Source: Vermamoeba vermiformis (lineage: Eukaryota). Taken from it: a stretch of DNA of 64,000 nucleotides. Numbering within the stretch: the first letter of the stretch is position 1; each line of letters starts with the position of its first letter. The notes under the pieces were generated by a model. The model ran no database searches, was not told the origin of the DNA, and saw only the letters and a list, made by a program, of their open reading frames with translations. Of this stretch, positions 14,444-32,576 are shown piece after piece. The DNA lies in contig JBEWZL010000238.1 of the NCBI GenBank assembly GCA_045837725.1, forward strand, positions 310,001 to 374,000, given 5' to 3'. The translations under genes were made by a program, and so were the position numbers.

Positions 14444-16714
14444 TTACAACGAGGCAATGAACTCTTCGGCTTGCTTAATGTTTAAATCAACAGGCCTCCA
14501 TTGATCATTAACCAACTCTTCCTTATAAAGTAGCGCCATGCCTAAGAACTTGACCGTCGAAACCAAACTGGATTACGGTAATCAAATTAGAACTAACACA
14601 ACGATCTGTTATCACTAAAAGAATACATACGTCATATTAAAATTGTATGTTGGCTTATTCTTCGCTGAGACTTTGTAGATCCGAGACAGAATTGAGTCTT
14701 CAGATCCGTCAGTCCTGTTTACACCCGGAAAATAAACGTAATTGATCCTATTGTTTACTGTTAGGTCTTTATGTATTTAACGTCTATATTACCTTTCTTT
14801 ATCGTTTAAGTGCACCATGACAGTTTTGCGAATTTGACCGTCGTGTGACTGAAGTTCTATAAAATCTCTTGAATCGTTGTACTGGTACCTCAATCCATTG
14901 ACCATATCACTAATGGTGCCTATCTTTGGCGACATAGTAGTACCATTTGTATTGAGCACTACAACTTTGACAGGTTGAGTATATGCCGGATCTGGCGTTT
15001 CAAAATTGACTACTTGAATGTGGTACTCCGTTGTGCATATGAATTTGCCATAGTCAACCTAATTAACATTATTATTAGGAATTTAAGACAGATCCAATTA
15101 GAAATATGATTTTTGACTTACACCAACAACGTGATTATAGCTGTCCCCGCCGTGAGCCTTTAATGACGATAATTTTTTACCGGAATTTATGTCCACAAAA
15201 TGTATCCTTGGGCCTTGATTAATGATCAAGAAATTCTTATAAACTGAAACGCTCCGAAAGTGCCGAGGGTACGCGCCACTTATAAAAGAGCCTTCTTTGA
15301 TTATATTTCCTCGAAAGTCCATAATCTTCCAATCCATGTTATTTCCATTGAATTCTACCAACGCGATCTGCACTGGATTAGATACGGATCCAGAAAAAGT
15401 GTTTAAACTGTAGCCAACTTTTAGGCTTACCTTATCATCCATCAAGTAATACTCTGTATGTATCGATATTTTACGCTCGAATAAGTCCTCTCTTGATTTG
15501 TAGTCATAAATTCGTAGAATCGGATTGTTGTAATCTACTTTGTACGCAATTAAAGCGCCGCACATTTGACTGTCGTAGCCATGTTTCACTTTATATATAG
15601 GCATATGTTCTCCAGTCTGTAATTCGATGAGAAGGGGATATGCACCATCAATTAGCATCGTTTCCCAATCGGATCTATTATTTAAGGTCCACCGAGCATA
15701 CTCCGGAATACCTTCTTTGTAGTAGTTAACATTATAAAGCATATAAATTTACATATGACTATATCGTACCTCCAGGCAAGCTTACAGTCATTAAACTGTC
15801 ATCGGATCTGCGCCAGATCTTCAAATTCTCATTACTTCCGTCCTTTAATTTGAAAATTAGACTAGCCTTATAATTGTTATATATATGTGTATATGTGTCC
15901 TTACAATCAGATATGAAGGCGTAATTAATGAGCAAAACTGGTCGATCTGTTTTTGTTCACCCGTTCTTGCATCGAATATATAAGCACTGCACTTAGTTTT
16001 TCTAGAGTAGGACCTATAATCATATTAGAAACACTCTTTTTATATTGTATTATTTACACTCTTACGTATCTCTATCTACATAAGTACTAATCAGAACGTC
16101 AGATCCAGCGAAGCTTGTTTCCGCGTAAGTTCCTGAAGGTATATCAACGACCTTCGTGGAAAATCTAATAAGATAAATTAATATATACAGTTTTTATTAA
16201 ATGAAGCAATTGCAGTACCTTCCATTGGTCATGTTCTCAAGAACAACTGCAGTCAGATCCATAGGTTCGAATGAAGCGCCATTCAAATAATCTGAAGAGG
16301 TCCAATCAGACATATGTTATAATGCAATCGACAGGGCTTATCTTACTATTTATTTTGGCTCGATCTGTCGCTTCAGGAAAAGGAAAATCGGTCGGATTTT
16401 TTGGCGGGAAACTACTGTGGTGTTGTTCATTGCCATTCTTTACTTTTTCTGGCTCGCTATTAAGTTTGTCTTTTTGTGTGCTAAATAATCGAGCAAGACT
16501 TGGCGGTGGGGAAGCCTTAATTGTTTAAACAATTAATAAAATAAGAATTTGATTTGTACATCATTAATTGAAGACATAAATACAAAATTGATTGGGATAA
16601 ATACTATTTTAAGGAGCCGAATGGGTTGGATTTGTTGAGTCATTTTTTTACCTTCGCGACGGAAGCCCTTGTGGCCACCTTGCTCAATTCAACGAGCACC
16701 TTTCTGGTAGACAT
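14444..16714 (-). CDS. Uncharacterised beta-rich (propeller-like) protein with a mitochondrial-presequence-like N-terminus
   Basis: Exon 1 MSTRKVLVELSKVATRASVAK | ASPPPSLARLFST; large exon ~15121-15718 with WD-like IHFVDINSGKKLSSLKAH; ends EEFIASL*. Confidence 0.55.
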
Positions 16715-17315
16715 TGATACGTGCAACTAAACATTAAATCTCGTCGCATTTTATTTCGTTGTATTTGTGTGCTCGTGAACTCAGAACTTGACATTTTTGA
16801 TGGTTGGAACTCACTGAGATGAGAATGTTCTTCGGTCCCACTGCAACTGAATCATTCATTGAAAGATCGTTGCCTAATGTAGGTTATTACGATATAACGC
16901 TGTAACCCTTTCCCCAACAGTTGGCGAAATCTTTGGCCTGTTTACACTGTGGGAGAGAGTCGGTAGTTAACAACATGGAAGTGTCTGATGTGGAGTCAGA
17001 GTCCCCTCAGTAGCGCGGACGACCGCCTCTTCCGTAAAGATCGCCGCCGAGTCTGTGTAGGCCGATGTTGAGTAGACAAAGCCAGATCCACCGCTGAAAG
17101 TGCGAAAGCTCATGTTGGTCTTATGGTGTTCTTGCGATATATGACTTTATGACGTGAATTGAGGATAAAAATTGAACTTAGGTAATTGCCTTATTGAGCA
17201 AGATTTACCTATGCTCTTAACTTTGCTTAAAAATAATTCAATTTGCGCTAAAATTAGTAATAATAATTACATTTATTTACAATGCAAATAAGTTGCGGTT
17301 TCTAATTACCACTTA

Positions 17316-22284
<4,969 letters not shown>

Positions 22285-22890
22285 CCTCTCTCGTTATTTA
22301 TTCTCGGACCTGTCCGGCGAAATTAGCTTCCGTGAGGGAAGTGAATCGCCGAGAGCACGCGCTAGCCTTAACGTTGGGGGTGAATTTATTAATGCGGCAC
22401 GTAGTTATTGCTGCAGGTTGTGGTAATCGTTATTATGCTGTTACTACGCTAATCTGATCGCGCTGAAAATGATCTTATTAAATTATTAAATTAAGTTATC
22501 TCGATATAAATTAAAAAGAGGAGTGAGCTAGGATTGTTAGTGTAAAATTATTTAACTAGGTTGGCCGGTATTGATTTTGGTTTTTGAAAACGATCCATTT
22601 TTGTTAACTGAGGCCAAATTTCTAAACAGCCAGGTAGGATAGCGGCAAAAAATTGTTTTCAAGTTCGAGCCTGCTCTTCATCTTATGGTTGTATGAATAA
22701 CACGAAGTTTAAAAAATTGATATTTATTTGTTTTTGGCTTTGCTCTTGAAACGTCTCCGAATCAACAGCAAATACGTCTATTCTACTATGCTAATGATAT
22801 ATTGCACTTTTGTACAAGAGAAAAAATACTATGAGACAAACTTTCGGATTTGAAGATTCTATTCGCGTTTTCTTTTGTTTGGGAGCTCCA

Positions 22891-23751
22891 TTAGAAACCG
22901 TGAATAACGATTTGATCCTTCTTGCAAATTCCTTCTTCAGTCAAAAATTGAGAAACATTTTGACGCTGATCACCGCTCAACTGAATAACCTTGCCGAGGT
23001 CAGGATCCGCCTGAATAGATCCGTTGCAGTGGAAGTTCTGCACGATAATAATTCGTTAGAATTGCTTGCAATGTAATAGACATTATAATTAGTATACGAG
23101 CCGTTTCGGCGGTGTTATAAATGAAAAATGGATCGGATTTCGTCAACGCATCTGACACGAAATAGGAGAAACAGTAATAATATGAGGATAATAAATAAAA
23201 TATGTAGAAGTAATATGCAAATAGTAATTGTTGAATTCATAGAGATTACGTAATCTGACAACCTACCTTCTTGAAAGCCTTCAAGAGCAACTTAAGGTCC
23301 AATTCTTTGGCCAACCCTTGCACGGTTGTCAAATAGCTGTTTGCTTTTCGCTGTTGGACGCGAATATCTGTTTAAAGTCAAGGAACAAATCCAGATATGA
23401 AAAAATTGAGAAGTCAACGACACGAATGTCGTTATAATACGTATGAAAATACATGTTAAAAAAGGATACGGACATTACCCTGATCTAAATCATTTTCAGT
23501 GGCTTCAAGGAATGGATCTGCAAGGAGTCTTGATTAGAATCTTGTTTCAAAAATTCACGAAAACGTTATAAAAATTATTTTCACGAAATATATTAATGTG
23601 CCTAATTATTAGAATGCTTATTGTAATTTTCAGCATTATTATAGCAAGAAGAAAATTTCTAAATCTGATCCTAATTTTTCACAGACTAAAAATTATCGAT
23701 AGCAAAGTACGTACCTTTTTTAGAAAGATTAAGAATTGAGCTTTGGCTCAT
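22891..23751 (-). CDS. eIF1: Translation initiation factor eIF1 (SUI1)
   Basis: DPF...VHIRVQQRK...LTTVQGL...LLKAFKK | NFHCNG...GKVIQLSGDQR...IVIHGF*. Confidence 0.95.
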
Positions 23752-24054
23752 CAACAACCGATACTGTGTTAAAAAAGTGTGGAACTGTGTTCTGTTTACT
23801 TGCGTAAAAATAAACAATGAAAGCCACGCAACCGAATGCTTTTATGGCGTCGTAGATCTCCAAAACTCTGTGAAATGTGCAAGAACTATATGCACCAACT
23901 TTCTATACACTCACCAACTATACCACAAATTTACGAATGAATTTGTGAGATCGGGATCGAGCAAGATTACGACTTTTTGAAAAAACTAGTCTAAGCCATA
24001 TATGTTATAGTTATCTATTATGTACAACAATACACCATATGCACCCAAGCAATA

Positions 24055-24986
24055 TTAATTGGCCTGGAAGTTATCACGTTTTCTCTTCGTTCTGATCAAG
24101 CCCGACGCCTTCAACGTGTGAGCTTTGCGATTCTTCCATCGCTCAAAATCGCGTATAGTCTTATATCCAGCTAAGAATAATCTGAGATAACATAAAAGTT
24201 GATTAGGACAAAGTTATCGGTGAAATAAGAAGTGGATTCAGCTGTCATTGGCAGACATTACTTACTTCTTTTCGAAATTTGACAAAGTAATAGTGAATGG
24301 TGTATAATCTTCTTCACGCCAATTTTGCGACTTGTCTAAGATCGATTTGAATCGTTTTTTCATCGCATCCAAAACTGCAGCGACCAATGCGCCATCGTTG
24401 AGCCTAATAGATGATTAATAAGCATAAAATGTGACAAGTAGAGTATTATTAGGACTAATTGCGAGCTTATTATGCTTAATAAAGATAGATCGCACGTGAT
24501 CGAACTTACAGAACGGCAAGCTTGATACCCAATTCGTAGAAAAAAGGACTGCGTTGAAAACTAACAATAGCTGCATCGGCTTGCAAATGTGCACGTTGAC
24601 TGGCGCTGTGAGTAGCGGGCAATTCAACTCGAACAATTTTGCTTTTGGCGAGTTTCTCGGCCAACCAGAATGGTAAAGTTACCTTAGTATCTTGTTTTAT
24701 CTATAATATAGTCATTAAATATCGAATATTGGTTAATTATTAGCTGAGGAATCGAAATACGGAATTAATTTATTATTATTTTAATTAATAATTACTTACG
24801 TCTTTGCCACTGCTCGGATCTAAAAATCCTAAACCAGTTGCATTTATATTAAATACTGTAGGCACTTTCTACAAGCAAATAAGTCAGCGAATCTAATCTG
24901 CTTTGGATTTGCATTTAACGAACCTCTTCCTGAGCTAATAATGCGTCAACATCATAATAGTCGTAGTTTAGCCTTAGAGCAGCCAT
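24055..24986 (-). CDS. PSF3: GINS complex subunit Psf3
   Basis: YYDVDALLAQEE | KVPTVF...GLGFLDPS...LPFWLA...HLQADA...SPFFYELG...LSNFEK...FERWK. Confidence 0.85.
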
Positions 24987-25092
24987 TTGTGCTTGACGTC
25001 GAAAGATAAAAATTCAAATCCGAAAACGGTTTTTCGGCGGGAGTTTTGCTGACGAAGTTTCTCGATTGATTTAGAATATATTTACAGCGTAG

Positions 25093-26765
25093 CTATGAAC
25101 TACGAATTATGTACGACATATTTACAAGTGTTAGGAGGATTTGAGCGCCGAAGAGAGATAGGACACCGTAAATCCACGCCTGCCAAGTCTCGAGCCGATA
25201 CAATTCATCAACAAACGTGGAAACCGTCGTCAGGCATCCTATTAATATAGGGGTTATGTTAGTAATTATTAAATCGCGAAAAAACGCTGGGTTAGGATAC
25301 CAAAATACTCGTACCTGTAAATCCGGTCGACAAAGCGGCGCGCAAGACAACGTCGTCCCTATAAGTTATGAAAATAATTAATAATGAATTATTGGCGATA
25401 CATTTTCCAGACTTACGGTGTCGTAAAAAGTATGACGAGGGATGCGATAACTGAGCCAATAATATTAACCAAGAAGGTAAACAACGGAAAATTTAGCTTA
25501 TTGTGCACTTTAGCATTCAATCGCACCATATAGTACCGCAATACAGCTCCTAGGACTAAGATCAGATCCACGCCGACGATAACTAATCTTCATACTACCA
25601 CGTACCTGTTGAGCCTACCAATGAAGCCACAGTATAAATATAGTCCAGTCCCGCTATTGCGAGTGCAATAAACAAAACTGTCACGGTGATGTACGATACG
25701 AATGCGAAGATGGTAATGTCTCGTTCTAACCACAAACCTCATTAATTATGATATCACAACGATTATATAACATATATATACTTAAATAGATATTGTGGAA
25801 TATAAGATACTGTTGCAATTTGCCAAGAACAGAGATCAAGGTGTGATCCAAGATCTCAATTTGAGTAAATGTTAAATAGTGTTCAGACGTACCCTCAGTC
25901 TTAGTAGCATGTGGTAATTGAGTTTCTTCATCCATAGATTCAATATCAAGTGACTCGTTGGGATCTCGATGGCTGTTATTGATGTTCACGTTGTTCGGGT
26001 TAGGCACTGATTTGAACGCGATCTTTTTCTGTTTTAATTTCTTCATTCGCTTGTCATGCAAATATATAATTAACTGGCCGAGGTCTCTGCCTGCAAAGTA
26101 CGCTCCATAGCTTGAAATGAATCCAAAGAACAAGGAAAAGATTCCGTTGAAGACCTTTATTCAGTAACATTAGCGTAAGATATTAACGTAGTGTAGTAAA
26201 CATATTTGTGCTAATTTCAGTATTGTTACCTTGCGTTGCTGATAGAATTTTATCGACACTTCTTCATTCCAAGATCCAAACGTAGTTAAGCTACCTAGAC
26301 CGCCGGTTCCGAGTCCAATGAATAAATTAAGATTTCTAATAAAGAGGGTAAGCGCTACGAATAAACTAGGTCACGAGCTGCCAAAATATTTCCGATGAAA
26401 TCTCATTTAATGAATTAAAATAAGTATCATTTGGCTTAGATATAGCCTAATAAATGAGGTAAATTATTATAATAATTTTCTGTAATTAATTGCAGAATAA
26501 AAATTAAATTGCCGAAGTTTTACCTCTGAAAGAATGGTGCCGGCTTAAATTGCACTAATATTCCCATCAAAAAGCATCCTAAAATATTTGCAAAGAAGGC
26601 TTGATGAAATACGCCCACATCTTCCGTAGAGAGAACAGATGGATCTCCAACACCAGCCGCGTATGTTCTTAAAAACGCCTGGCTCAAGCCTATTCTAATA
26701 CTAACGCCGATGTACGCAAAGAAGCATATTAAAAAAATAATGGTTGTTGTTTCCAACGGCGTCAT
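25093..26765 (-). CDS. FEX: Fluoride exporter FEX (two CrcB/Fluc domains)
   Basis: GVSIR, ANILGCFLMG, GLGTGGLGSLTTFGSW; second domain GAVLRY, FTFLVNIIGS, GCLTTVSTFVDE. Confidence 0.88.
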
Positions 26766-26813
26766 AGCATGAAAATGACATTTTCTAATTTTGCGAGCAA
26801 CATTCCACTTAAA

Positions 26814-28625
26814 TTATTTTATTTCCCTTAAAATTTTGAGAAATTCTTGCACATAATTCTCTATTCTGTAGTCCAACAGTTTTTTCTTGCCTTTTTCAGC
26901 CATTTCTGCTAACCTCTTCCTATCTCGCAGTAGCGGCTCTAAGTGCCTAATAAAGCTTTCCTTATCTTCGAAATCGATCAAGATCACGGCATCGTTTGTA
27001 GTCAGCTTATCAGTTATTCCTAAAAAGGAAAAATCAGATCCAACTTGTTTTGGAAGTCGTGATTATACCTATTATAGCGTCTTTGTCCAATATTGAAGGT
27101 GCACCGAATACACATGCCTCGCCTATTGTCAATCCATAGGCCTCGTAATAAGCTGGATGAACGTTCAACAATGTTTTCTTGAAGATCGTGCTTAACTGCG
27201 CTGGTGCAAGCATCTTTTCTATAATACAATCGGGATACACTGTCTTTAATCTATAATGCAATAGCGATGAGTAATTAATAAGAGGTAAGCCAAATAGTCG
27301 CTTCTCTAAGCGGAGTTAGATCTACGAGCTTACCTTTGATGAACGTTTACGGCATATTCAGGATGAGCTAATGCGCCGCAAATGAACGGCGTTATATTTA
27401 AACTCGTTAATAGTTCTTTGCACTGCTCTACCAAGTCCACAAACAGCTCAACTCGTTTTTCTGGTGCTTGTCTCATACAACACGTCAAATAACTTCTTTC
27501 TTCAACTGCTTCATTATCCTCGCTACAAAAAGAGGCATTTTTAGGTTACTTCAGTTAATTATTACGGTGTCAAGGTTGCACAAGAACTTACGTGGATGCG
27601 CTCTCGAAAAATTGCATCACGTGGTCAGGCAGCGTAGGATTAAGCACCTTACACGGTACATCTGCGACTTCTTTGAAGTATTTAGCGTCTGCACTTGATA
27701 AAACGATTGTAGTTTGAGCTGTTGTGGCGGATCTGACTTCAAGCTGTTTGTAGAAGTCGAAGTCTTCGGGAGTAGCGTTTGTACTGGCAAAAAATACTCT
27801 AAAATTCATATAAACAAACGGAATTCGAGCGATTTCGGTTCCAAATAGTGATTCATAAGCGAGTAATGAGTGCCAATCTACACCGACTACTAGATCTGGT
27901 TTGAACGCTGATACTTCGTCTTTCAGCAGCTTAATTCCCTCTGCATATTCTTGCCAAGGTCCTGTTCTTCAAAATTACACGTAAATATTACGCTAAAATG
28001 TAAAGCGCGCAATTAATTGAAATTGAACGAATCTGAATCTGCTTTTGGGTGATCAAAAAATAAAATAAAATAATTTAAGGCTTCGATATGTGCATGAAAG
28101 TAACAGAATATAATTTTGTAGCCTGGTAGAGCGTTGTTAAATCCAAAAAACGTACTTATCTAATCTCTGCCATTTTTCCGAAGGAACACAAACTGTGCGA
28201 CCAACAACGCGCTTATATATATCCTCTCTAGTATGGTCATCGAATTTAAGCCATTTTTCTTCATAAGGAAACGCTTGAGGCACGTTCTCGGGACGACCAC
28301 TAATAACAAACAGTTCCACCGCCGGATCGAGGACTAAATTTGCCAAGATGCTGTTTACAAAGGTTCCTAGTAATATTTTCCAAAGTCAGAAAAGCCAATT
28401 CATAGGTAAGCAATTAAATTAATTTGAATTTTTAAATATTTAATTTAAAGCGCAATATTGATAGATGGGGGCGTAAATAGCCAAATTACGGATCATTATT
28501 ACTAATTAATTTAATGAAGTAATTATTTCTTCCCTGGCACATGGCAGATTTCAGATTCGGATGCGCTTACCGTTACCGCTGAAATAAGGTCTTGCGCACT
28601 CGAGCGTGAGGAACAATATTTTCAT
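26814..28625 (-). CDS. GT-B glycosyltransferase, family 4-like
   Basis: MKILFLTLECARPYFSGNG; FKPDLVVGVDW; RQAPEKRVE; HPAYYEAYGLTIGEACVFGAP (E-x7-E motif). Confidence 0.85.
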
Positions 28626-28850
28626 TTTATGCAATCAATTGTGAGCTAAACTCCAGCAGTGGTGCACAACTCACAGACGATTTTTAACCTCGCACAAATG
28701 TTTTTTGACGCAGTTTATCGAAAGAATTACACGACATATGATGATTATGCAATAATGTAAGTAAATATAATCCTTCGCTTGATCAAATCGATCGTCATAG
28801 TGCTAACCTGCATTTTAGTTCCGGATTTAGCTAAACAAATTTCGTCAATC

Positions 28851-31800
28851 ATGAGCGTTACGACAAAAATTAATTTGCTATCAATAATATTAGTATTAAC
28901 AACTTATATTCAGTCGTCTCACGAGGTATGTTCAGATTTGAAAAATTAGACCCTTTGAAATAATACTGTTTGACTTGACCAAATTGCCAATTTTGAAACT
29001 AGCTTAGTGTTGATTTTTTCAATGCAAAATCTATAGCGGGTTTTTGCCCGTGACCTGGATCCACAGTGACACGCGTCAGATCTAAAATTCTTATTTTCCG
29101 TAGTACGGCTTGTTTCCGCCCGTTCAACTCTCAGCCAACGACAGTTCAATAGTGTATGGCGCCAATATCGTAGATCGCAGAATATTTTGCACTACTAAGC
29201 GTAACGATTCCTTGCATCTGGACGTTTTTGAAGTTGCCGGATCTGGTTCTGGAGCATCAGTCTCGTTAGTAGAGAGTAGTGACCTTGGTTTAAATATGAC
29301 CACTGAATTGGCTGCTCTCACTAGTGCAACAGACAACATTGTAGTGGTCACCTACGGAATGTAAGCGATTTTTTTTTTGTTCAACGCGCGAATTAATTAT
29401 AATTGTTTTTAGAGCTACAAAAACGCTTATTTTGGAACGAAATAACATCGCGTATCCATGGGAGTATATAACAGACTTTAGCATTCGAGTAAGAGGAATT
29501 ACTATTCTGAACGAGTCCAGGATATTCTATTTCGGAGTGTCAAGTCAAAGTACGTGTTAATTTGCGGCCTCATACCTTAATATCTAACATTTTCTATATA
29601 TAGATCCCTCAATGGGATTTTTTGTTAAGATAAATGGAGTTTGGGCTGTGGAAGAAATCGATGCTTTCAGCATAGGGTAAGACAAGATATTAATGATTTA
29701 TAATAATACTAAGCTACTAGGATGGCGGTTATTAAAAACGGAACGATAATGGCGTCAAACACGAATGATAAGACGTTGCGGATCTACGAAGAAATCAACG
29801 GAAATTTCACGGTAGTCCAACAATTGCCCGTTCAAGATCAAGTAGCTATTGACGCTTGGGGAACACTGCTATTCATCAACAACGATGAAGTTTACCTCGT
29901 CAATAGTGTGCAAGGAGCTTTGATTTCGATGTATATGCACCGGTTCGTGCGATTAGATAACGGCACGTGGGAAGAGCAACCGACCGTTGACTCAAAATAT
30001 TTGCTGGACTCGTGGGGAGTGCTTTATAATAACATTGTTGTCGGTGTTGGGTGAGTGAGTAATATTATGTTATGAACGTATCTTATGATCCTTTCGCAGG
30101 CTTGCTGAATCGCTAATCTCCTCAGATCGCGTCATGGTTTTATTAGACGGAGCTAATTTCAATGGCACAAACGTGTTCATCGAAAAGAGTTTTGATTATT
30201 CTATAAATTTTCCGTATGATGGAGCGATAGCTTCATCGGGTGATACGTTTTTCACTGCAATAACTGCCGACAAGAGCATTCAATTCTTCGAGATCAATCC
30301 AAGTACGTAGCAAAAAGCCAAAAAGATAGTCTTCAGTGCTTGACAAATTATCACAGGTTGTCGCGATGGAGTGAAAACGGAGGACGAACAATGTGACTCA
30401 GGTTCGCACTGCGACAGCTTTTGTTTTTGTATGACCAACTTCACACGCTCGATCGACTCCGCAATCCTCGATTGTGTTCCAAGTACGGTAGTTTTGTGTT
30501 ATAGTCCCTTAAATAACCACTTGCATTGGTAGGCTGTGGCAATGGGTACTTAGATTCGAATGAAGCGTGCGACGCCTACTTCGCTGACACGTGTCGCTCA
30601 GACTGCACGTGCCAGAATGGCTACGAGTCTATAGGAAACACTACTTGCCGAGCTAGTACGTTTAATGATTAATTAATCTTGCTACAACGTCTAACAACCG
30701 TTTGTAGTTTGTGGCAATGGAGTGCTCAACGAGGGTGAATTGTGCGATCCAGGAATGGACGAAAACTGCGACAAATCGTGCTTAGCTTGCAAAACAGGGT
30801 ACACATTAAGTAGTCATGCGTGTGCAGCCAATGAAGTCCAAGGTACGGCAACCAATAATGTGCGTGCCAGTTACTTATGACTTCGATCAGCTCCGTTTGC
30901 ATCACCGAGTGCATTACCAGATTACGTAATACCTGTAGCAGTTGTTGTCCCTGTCGTGGTGGCTGCAGGGATAACAGTACTTACTATTATGTTAGTCAAG
31001 AAACGACGTCAAAGAAACCGCAGTGGTGACAACGAGCTCAAAGGTAAACGAATATCTTTTGTACGTGTATTGATTTGTTATTATAGACTCCAAATATATC
31101 TCAATGTCAACTAGCAAAAGCTCTCCAAATGTCTCGAGTAAGTAATCGTGGGCTATTTTGATCAACACAAATCAAAGTTCACTGACCTTTTATAGGCGGG
31201 TCAAAACAAAACATATCGAACAATTCTGAGAAGAGACTCGATATTCCGTACAAAGACATCACGTTGAAGAACGAGATTGGTGCAGGTGCCTTCGGCAAAG
31301 TGTTCTTGGGAGAATGGCAAAAACTTCAAGGTATGAGGTACTATTTTGCATTCAGGCACTAACCTGATGTATCAAATAGTCGCGTTAAAGCTCAGTAGTG
31401 TCGGAGACACGAAAGAATTTCGACAAGAGGCCAAGTTGATGATGTACGAACATGATTTGACATTTTGACACGTGTCATGTTTCGCTCACTTTCTTCCTTC
31501 GCAGTGATCTTCGACCACATCCCAATGTCGTGCAGGTTCTTGGACTGTGTACCGATGCACCATTCCCAATCTTGATTCTCGAATACTGTGATGGTGGAAG
31601 TCTCGAATCAGTCATCAAAAAGAACACTCTGAGTGATGAACAGATCGTTGACTATGCATTTGGAATCGCACGAGGAATGCTTCATTTGCACTTGAACAAT
31701 ATTGTTCATCGCGATCTCGCTGCACGAAACGTTCTCGTAAGTACCATTCAGCAGCCAGCAAGCCACTTAACATTTACTGATTATTTGCGCATAGCTTGAT

Positions 31801-32371
31801 GATGGAGTGCCAAAAATCTCAGTAAGGCTTCTTCTTTTTTTTAACTGGGAAGAAACTTAAAGTTTTTTACAGGACTTTGGTATGGCGAGATTCGTCGAAG
31901 AGTACAAAGAAGGCAAGACTGGAAACACTGTTGGTCCACTCAACTGGATGGCACCCGAGTCACTTCTGCATCAAACATACAGCATCAAATCGGATATGTG
32001 GAGCTTCGGCTGTCTTCGTAAGTCAATCTGTAACGCTTCTGTTGTTCGAAGTTTCTTATCCACGGACGCTTAGTGTATGAACTGATCACTCGTGGAGAGC
32101 TGTACGAGCATCTTCAACCAGTTGACGTGTACCACGGAGTGACTCGTGGCCAACTTCATCCAGATATTCCTGACAACGCACCAACAGTGCTCAAGTTGAT
32201 CATGACAAAATGCTTCGAGTTCGATCCTGACAAGCGTCCGGTAAGTATAATAAGGACCACAAACAGTTTATCCCGGACTAACGGATCTGCCTTTCGTTCA
32301 AGACTTTTGAAGAAGTGTGCAACTGGCTTCGTGAACCGTTGCAAATTCATACACAAAACCCGATAGCGTAA
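28851..32371 (+). CDS. Receptor tyrosine-kinase-like protein, copy 1
   Basis: Signal peptide, beta-rich ectodomain, three C-x-[ND]-G..E.CD repeats, TM VIPVAVVVPVVVAAG, then GAGAFG, HRDLAARN, DFG and GPLNWMAPE. Confidence 0.9.
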
Positions 32372-32576
32372 CGTTCGTTACATCAGCCTAGGTATTTTTT
32401 GACGGAATAATGGAAGTTGATTCACAAATCATCGAAACCGCCAATAGTTTGCAACGCACGTGCATATCAATGGAGTTTTGTTTTCAATCAATAAGAGCAC
32501 TAGCGATGACAAACACTTTTTAATGACGCAAGTTGCTTATTGCTGTTGTTAAAATAAGTGCAGATCAATTGCACGG

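Noticed and set aside
16895-16915. Telomerase RNA template (TAACCCT)
   Set aside because: Not a 1.5-repeat template; also no RNase P/MRP, SRP or snRNA signature found nearby.
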